Below are positions 46,875 through 56,668 of a stretch of 64,000 nucleotides of DNA, piece by piece. This DNA is from Thermoanaerobaculia bacterium (GTDB lineage: Bacteria > Acidobacteriota > Thermoanaerobaculia > Multivoradales > Multivoraceae), in NCBI GenBank assembly GCA_963664405.1, contig OY761158.1:5664001-5728000 (forward strand), given 5' to 3'. The position numbers were made by a program, and so were the translations under genes. The notes under the pieces are model-generated. The model was not told where the DNA came from. It ran no database searches and worked only from the letters and a program-made list of their open reading frames with translations. Every line of letters begins with the position of its first letter. The stretch's first letter is position 1.

Positions 46875-49800
46875 ATGGGCTGTGCGGCATCACTGGCGTT
46901 GCTTGCGGCGGTTTGCGTCCTGGTCGGCCCTTGGGTCCTGGCGGTGTGGGCTTGGAGGCGTCAGGGAGTCAACCGCGGGCGGCTGGACGAGATCGAGCTC
47001 GACTTGGGAAGTGTCGCGGCTCGTCTGAGCGGGCGTCTGGAAGAGATCGAGCGGAAGCTCTCCGATGGGGCAGGATCTGCCAGTTCCGAAGCGCCGGTCT
47101 TGCCTCGAGAGGGGCTCGCCACTTCGCCGGTGGAGCCTGCTGCTGCGCCGCTCGCCTCGGAACCGCCAGGGCCGCCCCCTGAGGCCCCGCGGCCTTCAGA
47201 GCTTCCTGAATCACCAAAGGAGCTCCCAGAGCCGCCCGCGCCTCGCCAAGAGGCACCCCAGCCACCGGGTGACTCATCCCCAACACGCACGATCGAGTGG
47301 GAACGCTGGATCGGAGTCCGCGGTGCCGCGGTGCTGGGTGCGGTGGTCTTGGCTCTGGCCGGAATTCTCTTCCTGCGCTATTCGATCGAGCGTGGACTGA
47401 TCCCGCCGCCAGTTCGGGTTGCATTCGGAATTTTCGCTGGTATCACCTGCATACTGGGGTCCGAACGGCTTCGACGTCGACACTACGTGATCAATGCCAA
47501 CGCCCTTGCCGGTGCTGGTGTGGTCTTGCTCTACGCGGCACTGTGGGCCGCCCGAGCTCTCTACGAAATGATCGGCGCTGGGACCGGCTTCGCGCTGATG
47601 GTTTTGGTGACGGCGGCTTGCGGTGCCTTATCGTGGCGCTACGGGTCGCTACTGATTGCCGTCCTCGGGCTCATCGGCGGCTTCAGTACGCCGCTTCTGA
47701 TGTCCTCGGCGAGTCCCAACCCGATCGGACTTTTTGGCTACATCTTGCTCTTGGACCTCGGCCTTCTAGTTCTCGCCGGTCGCCGAGGATGGTCGGTCCT
47801 CTTTCCGCTCGCTTTGGTGGGGACGGTCCTTTATCAAGTGTTGTGGACATCGTCTTCAATGGGCCCCGAGCGCGCCATTCTCGGCCTTGTCATCGTCGGA
47901 GCCTTCGGCCTTCTCTTCGGTCTCGCTGGTTTATTGAAGAGCAAGCGGGACGATGTTGGAGCGAGTGGCGCCACAGTCTGGCGAAGCTCCGAAACGGCCG
48001 GCCTGCTCTTCTCGTTCGCCTTGGGTCTCAATTTCGCGGCCCGCGCCGAGCTCGGTCTGCATCTGTACCCGATAGGTGCGCTGCTGGTCGTCCTCAGCGC
48101 TGCGGCGCAGTGGATCGGACGAGCCCACGGAACCCAGCTCTTGAGTCTGGCCGCGGCCGCTGCGGATATCGCTGTTTTATCGGTGTGGGCCTGGCGGAGC
48201 CAATGGACTGTGCCGCTGGCGTGGGAATTGGTTCTGGTCAGTGTGGCCCTCGCGTTGGTTTTTCATGTCGGCTTCGAGGCCGATTTGCGGAAGAGTCGCG
48301 TCGGCGACGGCGTGGGTCGGGCTTTCGAGCTCGCTCCCGTTGTGGCCTCGGCCGGCCTATTAGTGCTCGTGGTCTTTTTCTCGCTGGCGTCCAACATCGT
48401 GCTGTGGCCGTGGCTGGCGGGCGTAGCGGCGCTGGCGACTCTCCTCGTGCGCCACTCCAGAGTGCCGGGTCGGGCGCCGCTCCAGGCCGTAGCGGCGGTC
48501 GGCTTTGCTACTACCTGCGCTTCCTTCTATGTGCTTGAGAAGACGAGCTCTTTCTTCCCGCACCCCGCCTTGTTCTTCGCGATGGCCACCGCCGGAGGTC
48601 TGGTCTTTCAGGTCTTGCCGGTGGTGCTACGAGGCCAGAGGGTGTGCTATTGGGGCAATGTCGGAGGGGCGCTCTGCGCGGGGATTCTGCTGTTGAGCTT
48701 GGTACCTGATTCTGGCTCGAGCCTTCCTGCGCCGGCGTTTCTCGGCTTGAGCTTGTTTTTCGGTCTTTTGGTCACGCTCTCGGTGACTCGTATGCCTTCG
48801 GCGGTCGGCTACCTGCTCGCAATGGCGCTGGTGGCCTCGGTGCATACTTTATGGGCCGCAGACGAGCCCGCGGCCGGCACGGCTCTCTTGGGGCTCATCG
48901 TCGTGGTCGTTGCCGCGGCCTTCTTTACCTTCTGGCCGTCCTTTGTCGCGGGCCACTTCGAGTCGTGGGGGCTGGTTTGGAAGGTGTCGGCCTTGGCTGG
49001 GCCTGCCTGGTTCTTCGTTGCCAAGGATCTCTTCGGGCTTCGTTTCGGTGGTTCTGCCATCGGGGTCGTTCCCTTGGTCCTTGGCGCCCTCTCTTTGAGC
49101 GCAGCTTTCCGTGGACGGTCGCTGTGGTCCCGGGATGAGTCGCTGCTGACGTCCAACTTGGCCTGGTACTCAGCTGTGGCCCTAGGCTTCGTCAGCGTTG
49201 CTGTGCCGCTGCAGCTCGACCGGGAGTGGATTACCTTGGGGTGGGCTCTCGAGGCGGCTGCGGTGACGGCTCTTTGGCGCCGCCTCGACCATGCGGGTCT
49301 CAAGTACTTTGCCCTGGCGCTGCTCGGCGCAGTCTCGGTGCGCCTCATCGCCAACCCCGCACTGTTGGGTTACCACGAGCGATCGGGATGGCCGGTACTC
49401 AACTGGTTGGCGTATACCTACCTGGTACCGGTGGCGGCACTGCTGGTCGTTGCTTACCTCCTACGCACAGTCGAGATCGAGCGGGCGCGGGGTTGGGAAG
49501 ATGCGCTTTATCGGCGAGGCCACTCTTGGTGGTCCTCGATCTGTGGGCTCGCGGCGATCCTGCTGACTTTTGTGTGGATCAATCTGACTATCGTCGATGC
49601 TTTTTCCAGCGGCCCGCGCCTGGGTCTCTCTCTCGATCGGCTTCCGGCTCGCGATCTGACCCTTTCTCTAGCCTGGGTTGTTTATGCTCTGGTCTTGCTC
49701 ACTCTGGGCGTCATCAAGGACGCCGGGGCGTTGCGCTGGCTCAGCCTCGGGTTCTTGGTGCTCTCGATCGGCAAGGTCTTTCTGTACGATCTAGGCGAGC

Positions 49801-49919
49801 TCCGTGATCTCTATCTGGTTGCGTCCCTGGTGGGGCTCGCGTTTTCGCTCATCGGGGTCTCTCTGGCGTACCAGAGATTTGTTTTTCGGCGCAGTGTCGG
49901 TGGGGAGGATTCAGCATGA
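46875..49919 (+). CDS. DUF2339 family multi-pass membrane protein
   Basis: Pro-rich linker, EWERWIG, PPPVRV, GGFSTP, KVFLYDL near the C-terminus; many TM segments. Confidence 0.8.
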   Translation: MGCAASLALLAAVCVLVGPWVLAVWAWRRQGVNRGRLDEIELDLGSVAARLSGRLEEIERKLSDGAGSASSEAPVLPREGLATSPVEPAAAPLASEPPGPPPEAPRPSELPESPKELPEPPAPRQEAPQPPGDSSPTRTIEWERWIGVRGAAVLGAVVLALAGILFLRYSIERGLIPPPVRVAFGIFAGITCILGSERLRRRHYVINANALAGAGVVLLYAALWAARALYEMIGAGTGFALMVLVTAACGALSWRYGSLLIAVLGLIGGFSTPLLMSSASPNPIGLFGYILLLDLGLLVLAGRRGWSVLFPLALVGTVLYQVLWTSSSMGPERAILGLVIVGAFGLLFGLAGLLKSKRDDVGASGATVWRSSETAGLLFSFALGLNFAARAELGLHLYPIGALLVVLSAAAQWIGRAHGTQLLSLAAAAADIAVLSVWAWRSQWTVPLAWELVLVSVALALVFHVGFEADLRKSRVGDGVGRAFELAPVVASAGLLVLVVFFSLASNIVLWPWLAGVAALATLLVRHSRVPGRAPLQAVAAVGFATTCASFYVLEKTSSFFPHPALFFAMATAGGLVFQVLPVVLRGQRVCYWGNVGGALCAGILLLSLVPDSGSSLPAPAFLGLSLFFGLLVTLSVTRMPSAVGYLLAMALVASVHTLWAADEPAAGTALLGLIVVVVAAAFFTFWPSFVAGHFESWGLVWKVSALAGPAWFFVAKDLFGLRFGGSAIGVVPLVLGALSLSAAFRGRSLWSRDESLLTSNLAWYSAVALGFVSVAVPLQLDREWITLGWALEAAAVTALWRRLDHAGLKYFALALLGAVSVRLIANPALLGYHERSGWPVLNWLAYTYLVPVAALLVVAYLLRTVEIERARGWEDALYRRGHSWWSSICGLAAILLTFVWINLTIVDAFSSGPRLGLSLDRLPARDLTLSLAWVVYALVLLTLGVIKDAGALRWLSLGFLVLSIGKVFLYDLGELRDLYLVASLVGLAFSLIGVSLAYQRFVFRRSVGGEDSA

Positions 49920-51994
49920 GATCTCGTGGCAGGCCCGGAGTGTTGTTCCTAAGCACACTACTCGCCCTTGTCTATGGGCGGAGTGTGGCTCAGCCGCCCG
50001 ACCTGGCTAGTCTCTTTCCACATCAAGCCGAGATCGAAGCCCCATCCGGTCTCGCCCGCCTGGAGCTGCCGGCCGAGGTGCTTGCAGAGTGTCGTGCGGA
50101 TCTTTCCGATCTCAGGCTCTTTGACAGTCGAGGCAACGAGGTTGCCTACGTCGTCGACAATGGTATTGAAGACGGAGTCGACCTGGAACTACGGCAGAGT
50201 GTGGGGCTGGTGTTGCTCGAGGCAGATCGCCAGACGGTTGCGCGAGGCCGCGCTCCGCGGTTGCTCGGAGAGAGATACCTTTTGGGAGTACCTCTCGACC
50301 TCCTCGAGGCCGGTGACTGGGATCTTGTTTTCGACATCGAAAGAGCTGACTTCGTGACCAAGGTCGATTTGACCGCGCTCTTCGATCGGGGCCGCGACCG
50401 GCCGCTGGTGGAGGGTGGGTCGATTTTTCGCATGGCCGGCTCTGGCCGAGAGAAGGTGCGCCTACCTCTGCCACCGCTCACCGCGTCGCGACTTCGTCTT
50501 TCCCTCGAGACCGAAGGTGGAAGTTTTCTCGAACCGCGAATGATGCTCGAGCGCCGCAGCAGGATCGAGGCACGGGAGCCCCTCGTGGTCACTCTTCGTC
50601 AGAGCTCGAGAAGAGATTTCGGGGGTTCGACTACGATCGAGCTCGAGCGCCCGCGCGGCCTCGTTCCCGAGCGTCTTCGTTTCGGCACCGCGACGCAAGC
50701 CTTCGAAAGAAGAGTCGAGGTCTGGGATCAAGGTAGCGGGGCGCGAGACGAGGTGATGGGCGAGGGAGAGATCTTTCGCCTCCAGTCTGCTGCGACGGTG
50801 GAGGGTTTGGAGCTGGCGCTGGCACCGGCGCTGGGCGAAGTGTTGCGAGTGGTGATTGAGAATCTCGACAGTCCCCCACTCGAGGAGCTCAGCTTCGAGG
50901 CCGTCCTGGGCAGTCCGGTGTTGGTCTTCGCGTTGCCCGCAGAGGAGTCCGGGCGATCTCGGGGACTGCTGCGTTTCGGTGGCGCACGAGCCCATCGCCC
51001 TCGATATGACCTCGCTCACCTGCGACCCGGACTTCCGGCACAGGGTGCCGAAGCCGTGCTGGGGGAGGTCCTCTACGACCCGATGCGCCTACCCTCAGCC
51101 AGACTGGGCGAGGTGGTCTCGAATCCAAGTTACAAGGTGGAGGCGGCGCTGGGGTGGGCGATGCGGCCAGGGGCCGAGCTCGATCCCCGTCTCTATTCCC
51201 ACCGTCGTGAGCTGGTCGCCCGCCCATCGCGAGAAGGCCTCTCACGACTTCGTTTGGGGCTGGAGGATCTGGCCGCGGCGCAACCGAGCCTTGCTGATCT
51301 GCGCCTCTTGGGGCCCAGCGACCAGCAGTGGGCTTTTCTGCTCGAGAGCGGTTCCTCGCGACTCGATCTTCCGCTCGGGCTTTCAGCTTCTTCGGTAGAG
51401 GAGGGGACGACGCACTACGAGCTGGTCCCACCAGCGGTTCCGGCGAAGTTGGATGAGATCGTGATCGACTCGGCGACCGAGTTCTTCGACCGGAGCTTCG
51501 AGCTGCTGGCTCTGCTCGAGGGTGATGCCGAGGCGACGTTGGCGCGGGGACGACTGGTTAGGCAGGCCGGAGATCCACGTGCGGTGCGGGTCGCCTTCGA
51601 GCCGCAACGAGTCGTCAGCCTTTCTCTCCGTATCGTCGACGGCGACGACGCGCCACTCCAGGGCCTGGTTGTTGGCGGGAGATTCCCGGTTCCAGATCTC
51701 TACTTCGTGGCGCCCGAGGGGCGCTATTCGCTCTTGCTTGGCAACCCCGAGGACGCGGCTCCGCGTTACGAGTTGGCTCGAGTGTCGGAGGTTGTACTGG
51801 CGGTAGCGAGCGGCGAGGCGGAGGCGGGTCCGCTCGAAGAGAACGAGCGCTTCAGCAAGCGACTACGCCTCGCGAGCGGCGCCTTCTGGCAGCAGGCCCT
51901 GCTCTGGCTCGCGATCGGCGTAGTGGTTGTCGTCTTGGTTGTTCTGACGCTGCGTCTGGTGCGTCAGGGACCGTCCCAGGACAGCGGCGAGTAG
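49916..51994 (+). CDS. DUF3999-like exported protein with C-terminal TM anchor
   Basis: Two DL(S/A)DLRL modules, PRYDL/PRYEL motifs, C-terminal hydrophobic helix; coupled to DUF2339. Confidence 0.6.
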   Translation: MRSRGRPGVLFLSTLLALVYGRSVAQPPDLASLFPHQAEIEAPSGLARLELPAEVLAECRADLSDLRLFDSRGNEVAYVVDNGIEDGVDLELRQSVGLVLLEADRQTVARGRAPRLLGERYLLGVPLDLLEAGDWDLVFDIERADFVTKVDLTALFDRGRDRPLVEGGSIFRMAGSGREKVRLPLPPLTASRLRLSLETEGGSFLEPRMMLERRSRIEAREPLVVTLRQSSRRDFGGSTTIELERPRGLVPERLRFGTATQAFERRVEVWDQGSGARDEVMGEGEIFRLQSAATVEGLELALAPALGEVLRVVIENLDSPPLEELSFEAVLGSPVLVFALPAEESGRSRGLLRFGGARAHRPRYDLAHLRPGLPAQGAEAVLGEVLYDPMRLPSARLGEVVSNPSYKVEAALGWAMRPGAELDPRLYSHRRELVARPSREGLSRLRLGLEDLAAAQPSLADLRLLGPSDQQWAFLLESGSSRLDLPLGLSASSVEEGTTHYELVPPAVPAKLDEIVIDSATEFFDRSFELLALLEGDAEATLARGRLVRQAGDPRAVRVAFEPQRVVSLSLRIVDGDDAPLQGLVVGGRFPVPDLYFVAPEGRYSLLLGNPEDAAPRYELARVSEVVLAVASGEAEAGPLEENERFSKRLRLASGAFWQQALLWLAIGVVVVVLVVLTLRLVRQGPSQDSGE

Positions 51995-52000
51995 CTCTCG

Positions 52001-53104
52001 CTAGGCGGCGACAAGCTTGAAGTTCTCGCGCGCTACCGGGCGACGGATCTCGACCTGCATCGCTTGGCGTGCCCCGATCGCGTCGAGAAGCTCGTCACAC
52101 GCATTCTTTTCCTCTTTGCCGCGGGTCTGGTAGAAGCTCACCGGACGTTGGAACATCCATTGGGAGAAGGGTCGCACGCTACGCTCGGCGCTCACCTCGC
52201 CGGTGTCGCCGCGAAGCAGCGTAAAGGTGTGGGTGCCGATGGCTCGTGGGATCTCCTCGCCGGCATGCTCATCGAGCCACTCGGCGGTCCTCTGAACGGT
52301 GTCGAGAAGTACTGGGATCTGCTCGTCGCTCATTCTTTGTAGCACGGGCAGCAGTGTTGCCGGGATCGCGTCTTCATCGAGGAAGCTCCCGCTCAGAGGC
52401 TCGGGGTGCTGCATGCGCTCAACCCACGCTGCGACATCGGGAGCGGTCCGTCTCATCAGCTCGCCAGGATAGGGGTCTCGGTAGAGGTGGGCGTAGAGCG
52501 GACCGATGAGGCCGAAGTCACCGATCGAAGGGCGCGTCCCGAAGAGGTAGGGATGGTTGCCGAAATGATCGTTCAGCTCGCCGAGGAGCGATTCGTAAGA
52601 CTGCTCGATCGCGGCCTCGGTGGCCTCGTTGATGCCAAGGAACGGGAGGGAACCGAAAAAGGCTTTGGCATTGCGCTCGCCGAGGGCGCGCTGCTCGTCT
52701 TCGGAGAGATCAGGTCGCGATAGCTTGCCGAACTCGAGGACGGTCCATTCGTAGCAGTGGTTCCATCGGTAGTGCATCGCCGGCAGACCGAGCCACTCGT
52801 CGCCGTAGACCTCGAGCAGCAGCGCGGCAAGCCGCTGGCGCGAGCCCGCGGGATAGATCGAGGGATCCGGAAAGCGGGCCTCGAGCGCGTCGATGATCTC
52901 GGTTGTGTCTTGGAGAGTCTCGCCTTCCGGGGTGATTACGACTGGGATCACAGGCCAGCCCACGCGCGGCAGGATCTCGTTCCGATAGACGTCTCGTGTG
53001 GCGAGGACTTCGTCGAAGGGGATGTTCTTATAGCGCAGGTAGGCTCGGGCCTTGCCGCTGTAGAAGGAGACTTCGCCGCCGAGAAGCCGGAATACATCGC
53101 TCAT
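52001..53104 (-). CDS. Glutathione S-transferase family protein
   Basis: SFYSGKARAYLRYK.IP, VIPVV, QDTTEII, YLFG.RPSIGDF. Confidence 0.85.
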   Translation of the reverse strand: MSDVFRLLGGEVSFYSGKARAYLRYKNIPFDEVLATRDVYRNEILPRVGWPVIPVVITPEGETLQDTTEIIDALEARFPDPSIYPAGSRQRLAALLLEVYGDEWLGLPAMHYRWNHCYEWTVLEFGKLSRPDLSEDEQRALGERNAKAFFGSLPFLGINEATEAAIEQSYESLLGELNDHFGNHPYLFGTRPSIGDFGLIGPLYAHLYRDPYPGELMRRTAPDVAAWVERMQHPEPLSGSFLDEDAIPATLLPVLQRMSDEQIPVLLDTVQRTAEWLDEHAGEEIPRAIGTHTFTLLRGDTGEVSAERSVRPFSQWMFQRPVSFYQTRGKEEKNACDELLDAIGARQAMQVEIRRPVARENFKLVAA

Positions 53105-53193
53105 GGCGCGACTAGATCAGGAGCGGCGCGACATGTCTAGACTGGCCGGGGCTCGCCTTGGCCTCCAACCCGGGGTAGGGTCGGCGAAGTCTC

Positions 53194-54543
53194 TTGACGT
53201 GGAGGGTCGAGCTATTGACGAACCTGGTGCAGTATCTCGTTCGCTTCTTCTTGCGTTGGGTCCCTGACGCCTTCGTGGTCGCGGCGCTGCTTACTCTGCT
53301 CACCTTCGCTCTCGCGATCGGTGTTGCCGACTACCCGGCTCAGGCGGCCCTGGAGTCATGGGGAGATTCCTTCTGGGATCTTCTCACCTTCACCAATCAA
53401 ATCGTCCTGACCCTTCTTTTTGGCTATGCCTTCGCCAATACGCCACCGGTTCGGAGGGTGCTGCTGGCTCTTGCCGGCTTGGCGCGCTCTCCGGGTGCCG
53501 CCTATGGCATGGCCTGCCTCATCACCGGCGTCTGCGCTCTCTTCAATTGGGGAATGAGCCTGATCGCCGGCGGCATCATGTCGCGAGCGATTGGTGAGTC
53601 GTGTCGCCGAGCGGGGGTGAAGGTCCATTACCCCCTGTTGGTGGCTTCGGCTTTCTCCGGCTTTGTCATCTGGCATCAGGGCCTTTCCTCCTCCATAGGG
53701 CTCGCGCTCGCGACTCCCGGACACTTCCTGGAGGAAGAGGTGGGTCTGATTTCGATCTCGCAGACCATCCTCTCTCCTTGGAGCTTGGTTGTGGCGATGA
53801 TCGTTCTGTGCACCATGCCCTTTGTGATGGCGGCGTTGAGACCGAGGTCCGAGGCCGAGATCGAGGAGATTCCGGATCGTCTCCTAGGCGTGGCCGAGAA
53901 GATTGTCGAGGATTCCCGAGCTTTGACTCCAGCGCAGAGAGTGGAGAAGTCGGCGATCCTCAATCTCTTGATCGTCGGTTGTGGTGTCTTCTACCTTTGG
54001 GTTCATTTCGTTGTTCGGGGCGACTGTTTGAATCTCAATATTCTCAACTTCTCGTTTCTGGTGGCCGGCCTTCTGCTTGCCGGGTCGCCGATCCGTTACG
54101 TCGGCATCATTGTCGAAGGTGGAAGGGTGGCAGTGCCTTTCCTTCTCCAATACCCTTTCTACGCGGCGATCTCCGGTGTTATGGCCGACTCTGGTCTGGC
54201 GCAGATGGTGGTCGAGCTCTTCACCTCGATCTCCAGCGCTCGCACCTTGCCGTTCTTCGGTTTCTTATCCGGAGGGGCGCTCAACCTCTTCGTCCCCTCC
54301 GGTGGAGGGCAATGGGCGGTCCAGGGCCCGATCATGATGGAGGCCGCTCAGCGCGTTGGAGCCGATGTTCCGAGAGTGGCGATGTCGGTTGCCCTCGGCG
54401 ATCAATGGACCAACCTCATCCAGCCGCTGGCCATCATCCCTGTCGTCACCATAGCCGGGATCCACCTTCGGGAGATCATGGGCTATTGCTTTGTGGCGTT
54501 GGCTTGGAGCGGGCTCCTCTTCAGCATAGCTCTACTCGTGTGA
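53194..54543 (+). CDS. atoE: Short-chain fatty acid transporter (AtoE family)
   Basis: PDAFV, HYPLLVA, WHQGLSSS, QYPFYA, FVPSGGGQW.VQGP, GDQWTN.IQP. Confidence 0.88.
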   Translation: MTWRVELLTNLVQYLVRFFLRWVPDAFVVAALLTLLTFALAIGVADYPAQAALESWGDSFWDLLTFTNQIVLTLLFGYAFANTPPVRRVLLALAGLARSPGAAYGMACLITGVCALFNWGMSLIAGGIMSRAIGESCRRAGVKVHYPLLVASAFSGFVIWHQGLSSSIGLALATPGHFLEEEVGLISISQTILSPWSLVVAMIVLCTMPFVMAALRPRSEAEIEEIPDRLLGVAEKIVEDSRALTPAQRVEKSAILNLLIVGCGVFYLWVHFVVRGDCLNLNILNFSFLVAGLLLAGSPIRYVGIIVEGGRVAVPFLLQYPFYAAISGVMADSGLAQMVVELFTSISSARTLPFFGFLSGGALNLFVPSGGGQWAVQGPIMMEAAQRVGADVPRVAMSVALGDQWTNLIQPLAIIPVVTIAGIHLREIMGYCFVALAWSGLLFSIALLV

Positions 54544-54602
54544 ATAGAAAAAAGGCGCGCAGCGGCCGGTGAATTCGGTGAGGCGCTCGAGCGTCCCGGG
54601 AG

Positions 54603-54707
54603 CTAGGAGCGTGTCCGAGAATTCGGACAGGCGAGTAGTTCTCAGGCGGGGATTCTCAGGCGGGGATGGGCCGGGAAACGGGCCGAAGGCGCGTTTTCTG
54701 GGGCTAG
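54603..54707. repeat. CTAG-bounded short repeat element with an internal 14-bp tandem duplication
   Basis: CTAGGAGC-hairpin-CAGGCGAGTAGTTCTCAGGCGGGGAT is shared with 62377-62420. TTCTCAGGCGGGGA occurs twice (54639-52, 54653-66). Confidence 0.6.
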
Positions 54708-55483
54708 GGCCCGCCGGCGCTCGTCTCTGGAGTCAGCCTCGCGCGGCCGCGAAAGGCGGCGACCGCGAGCCAGCCTGCCGGCAGCAGCACCAGCAGGTAG
54801 CTCAGTAGACGGCCGTAGGCACCGTCGGGGCCGTAGGGCTCGGTCGCCCAGTGAAGAGTCTCGCTGTAGGGAAGAACGTTGGCTTCGGTAAGCTCGTGGA
54901 CTCCGTAGATGAGTAGCTGTACTACGAAGACCAGAAGGAAGACGGCGGTCACCTGGAGAAAAATGCCCAGATTCAGTCGGTGACCCCAGCGCGCCCAGGC
55001 CAGTGCCAGCAGGGCGGCCGCGATGCAGCCGAGGACGGCCCCTATCAGAAGCTGAGTTGACTTGACCTGGAACACCAGAGCATTGAAGAGTAGGGCAGTC
55101 TCCATCCCCTCCCGAGTGATCATGAAGATCGTGAAGACGAAAACTCCCAGCCACGCTCCCCGCCCCTCTCGAGCCGCTGAGGTCTCCAGCCGAGACTGGA
55201 TCTGCTGGCGCATGTGCTTGCCCGCCCTCCACATATGAACGGTCAGAGAGGCCACCAGTACGGCGGCGACGATGGCCAGGATGCCCTCCCAAAGAGCTTT
55301 GTTGGCTGCCTGGTGAAACAGCCACGCTGCCGCGACGCTGCACCCGATCGAGGCGACAACGCCCCAATGAACAGCCGACACGAGTGAGCTTCGCCCAGTC
55401 TTTTTCAGATAAGAGAGACTGATGGCGACAATCAGGAATGCCTCCAGACCTTCACGAAGAGTGATAACTAGAGCTTGAAACAT
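54704..55483 (-). CDS. FTR1-family iron permease
   Basis: Two REGxE motifs (REGLEA, REGMET), multi-TM. Confidence 0.9.
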   Translation of the reverse strand: MFQALVITLREGLEAFLIVAISLSYLKKTGRSSLVSAVHWGVVASIGCSVAAAWLFHQAANKALWEGILAIVAAVLVASLTVHMWRAGKHMRQQIQSRLETSAAREGRGAWLGVFVFTIFMITREGMETALLFNALVFQVKSTQLLIGAVLGCIAAALLALAWARWGHRLNLGIFLQVTAVFLLVFVVQLLIYGVHELTEANVLPYSETLHWATEPYGPDGAYGRLLSYLLVLLPAGWLAVAAFRGRARLTPETSAGGP

Positions 55484-55506
55484 CGTTTATTCTTTATCTT
55501 CTTCAT

Positions 55507-55523
55507 TTGAGACAACGTCTCAA
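55507..55523. promoter_or_regulatory. Fur-like operator palindrome
   Basis: TTGAGAC-AAC-GTCTCAA (TGAGA-N5-TCTCA, Fur-like spacing) 24-40 nt upstream of the iron permease start. Confidence 0.55.
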
Positions 55524-55788
55524 TAAGGGGCGCCTATTCTGACCGAGGAGGATCGCGCTGTCAAAAGACGAGTGGGTCGCCCATCCATCACCGCCTTGGC
55601 GAGATGGATAGCGTGCCTTCTCAGGACGGTAAGATGTTGATTTATGTCAATTTGTCGAAAAACGGCACCCGTATGACAATAATTGGGCGCGCACGATGAC
55701 GTTTTATGTCGACCTGGAAAGGTCCGACGACCTTGAGTTCCGGGCCTAAACCTCGCCTCGCCAAGTGTTTGCGCTAATCGTAGTTGCC

Positions 55789-55805
55789 CTGGCACGGGGC
55801 ATGCT
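55789..55805 (+). promoter_or_regulatory. Sigma54 (-24/-12) promoter
   Basis: CTGGCACG-GGGC-ATGCT versus consensus YTGGCACG-N4-TTGCW (one mismatch), 30 nt before ATG 55835. Confidence 0.6.
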
Positions 55806-55834
55806 TCCTAATTCGGAAAGATTAGGGGGCCAGG

Positions 55835-56473
55835 ATGGGGAGCATCACAAGAACATGGCGCCGACTTCGCGGACAGCACATCTCGGCGCCGAGCTATGAC
55901 TGCTGTCGATCCGAGCGAGAACTGCTCGGCACTCTGGGTGACGCGATTAGTGACAGCGCGCGAGACATTGCCTTGGCGGTTCGGCCTCCGGGCTGTGGGC
56001 GCCTGGCCTTGCTGGTCATGAAGTCGTTTTCTCCGACGAACTACGCGTACCACTCGATGGTCCGAGCGCGCTTGCTCTCCGAGTCGATCGTCTTCGTTGC
56101 GGGCAGGATCCGCGAAGTTCTCGCCGAGCTTTGCGAGCATGGTGACGCGGACTATCTCTATCGCGAGGCCGCGACCTGCGCCGGTGCTTCGATGGCGACA
56201 GCCGCGAACATGACCCCCGACGAGGCCGGGGAGTTCACTCGCACTCTCTCTCACGTTCTCCTACAGCATGCTCACTTCCCGCCTTCCGATGACGACCAGG
56301 CCTTGGTTCGTCTCGTCGCCTCGAGAGAGAGAAAGCTGACGGTTGCAGAAGCGGTTCGAGTGCTCCGCAAGCTCATGGGCCTGGACCCACTGATGCGTAC
56401 CGAGCCTTGGGCTTTCGCACGAAGCTGGCAGCTTCTTCGTGGCGACAGCTGGGATGCGGCCGCGAGCGTCTAG
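55835..56473 (+). CDS. Hypothetical protein
   Basis: 212-aa ORF with a purine-rich RBS and an upstream sigma54-like promoter; no recognised motif. Confidence 0.6.
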   Translation: MGSITRTWRRLRGQHISAPSYDCCRSERELLGTLGDAISDSARDIALAVRPPGCGRLALLVMKSFSPTNYAYHSMVRARLLSESIVFVAGRIREVLAELCEHGDADYLYREAATCAGASMATAANMTPDEAGEFTRTLSHVLLQHAHFPPSDDDQALVRLVASRERKLTVAEAVRVLRKLMGLDPLMRTEPWAFARSWQLLRGDSWDAAASV

Positions 56474-56668
56474 GCGACAGCGAACCGGCCTTCCTCGATC
56501 CCTTCTCGATTCTCGTGGCGTCGCCAGCGGCAGCCTGGCGAACCTCCTTGCGCTTCTTACACGAGGTGGAGCTTTAGCTCGGCTCCTGTGTCAACATATC
56601 CCTCCACACCGGGCCGCGCTCCCAAGGACGACGGCGCGCGGAGAGGATCCCCTGATTGGAGGAACTAG

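Noticed and set aside
56474-56668. Possible structured RNA upstream of gloB
   Set aside because: Only short GC-rich stems, with no recognisable family or second copy.
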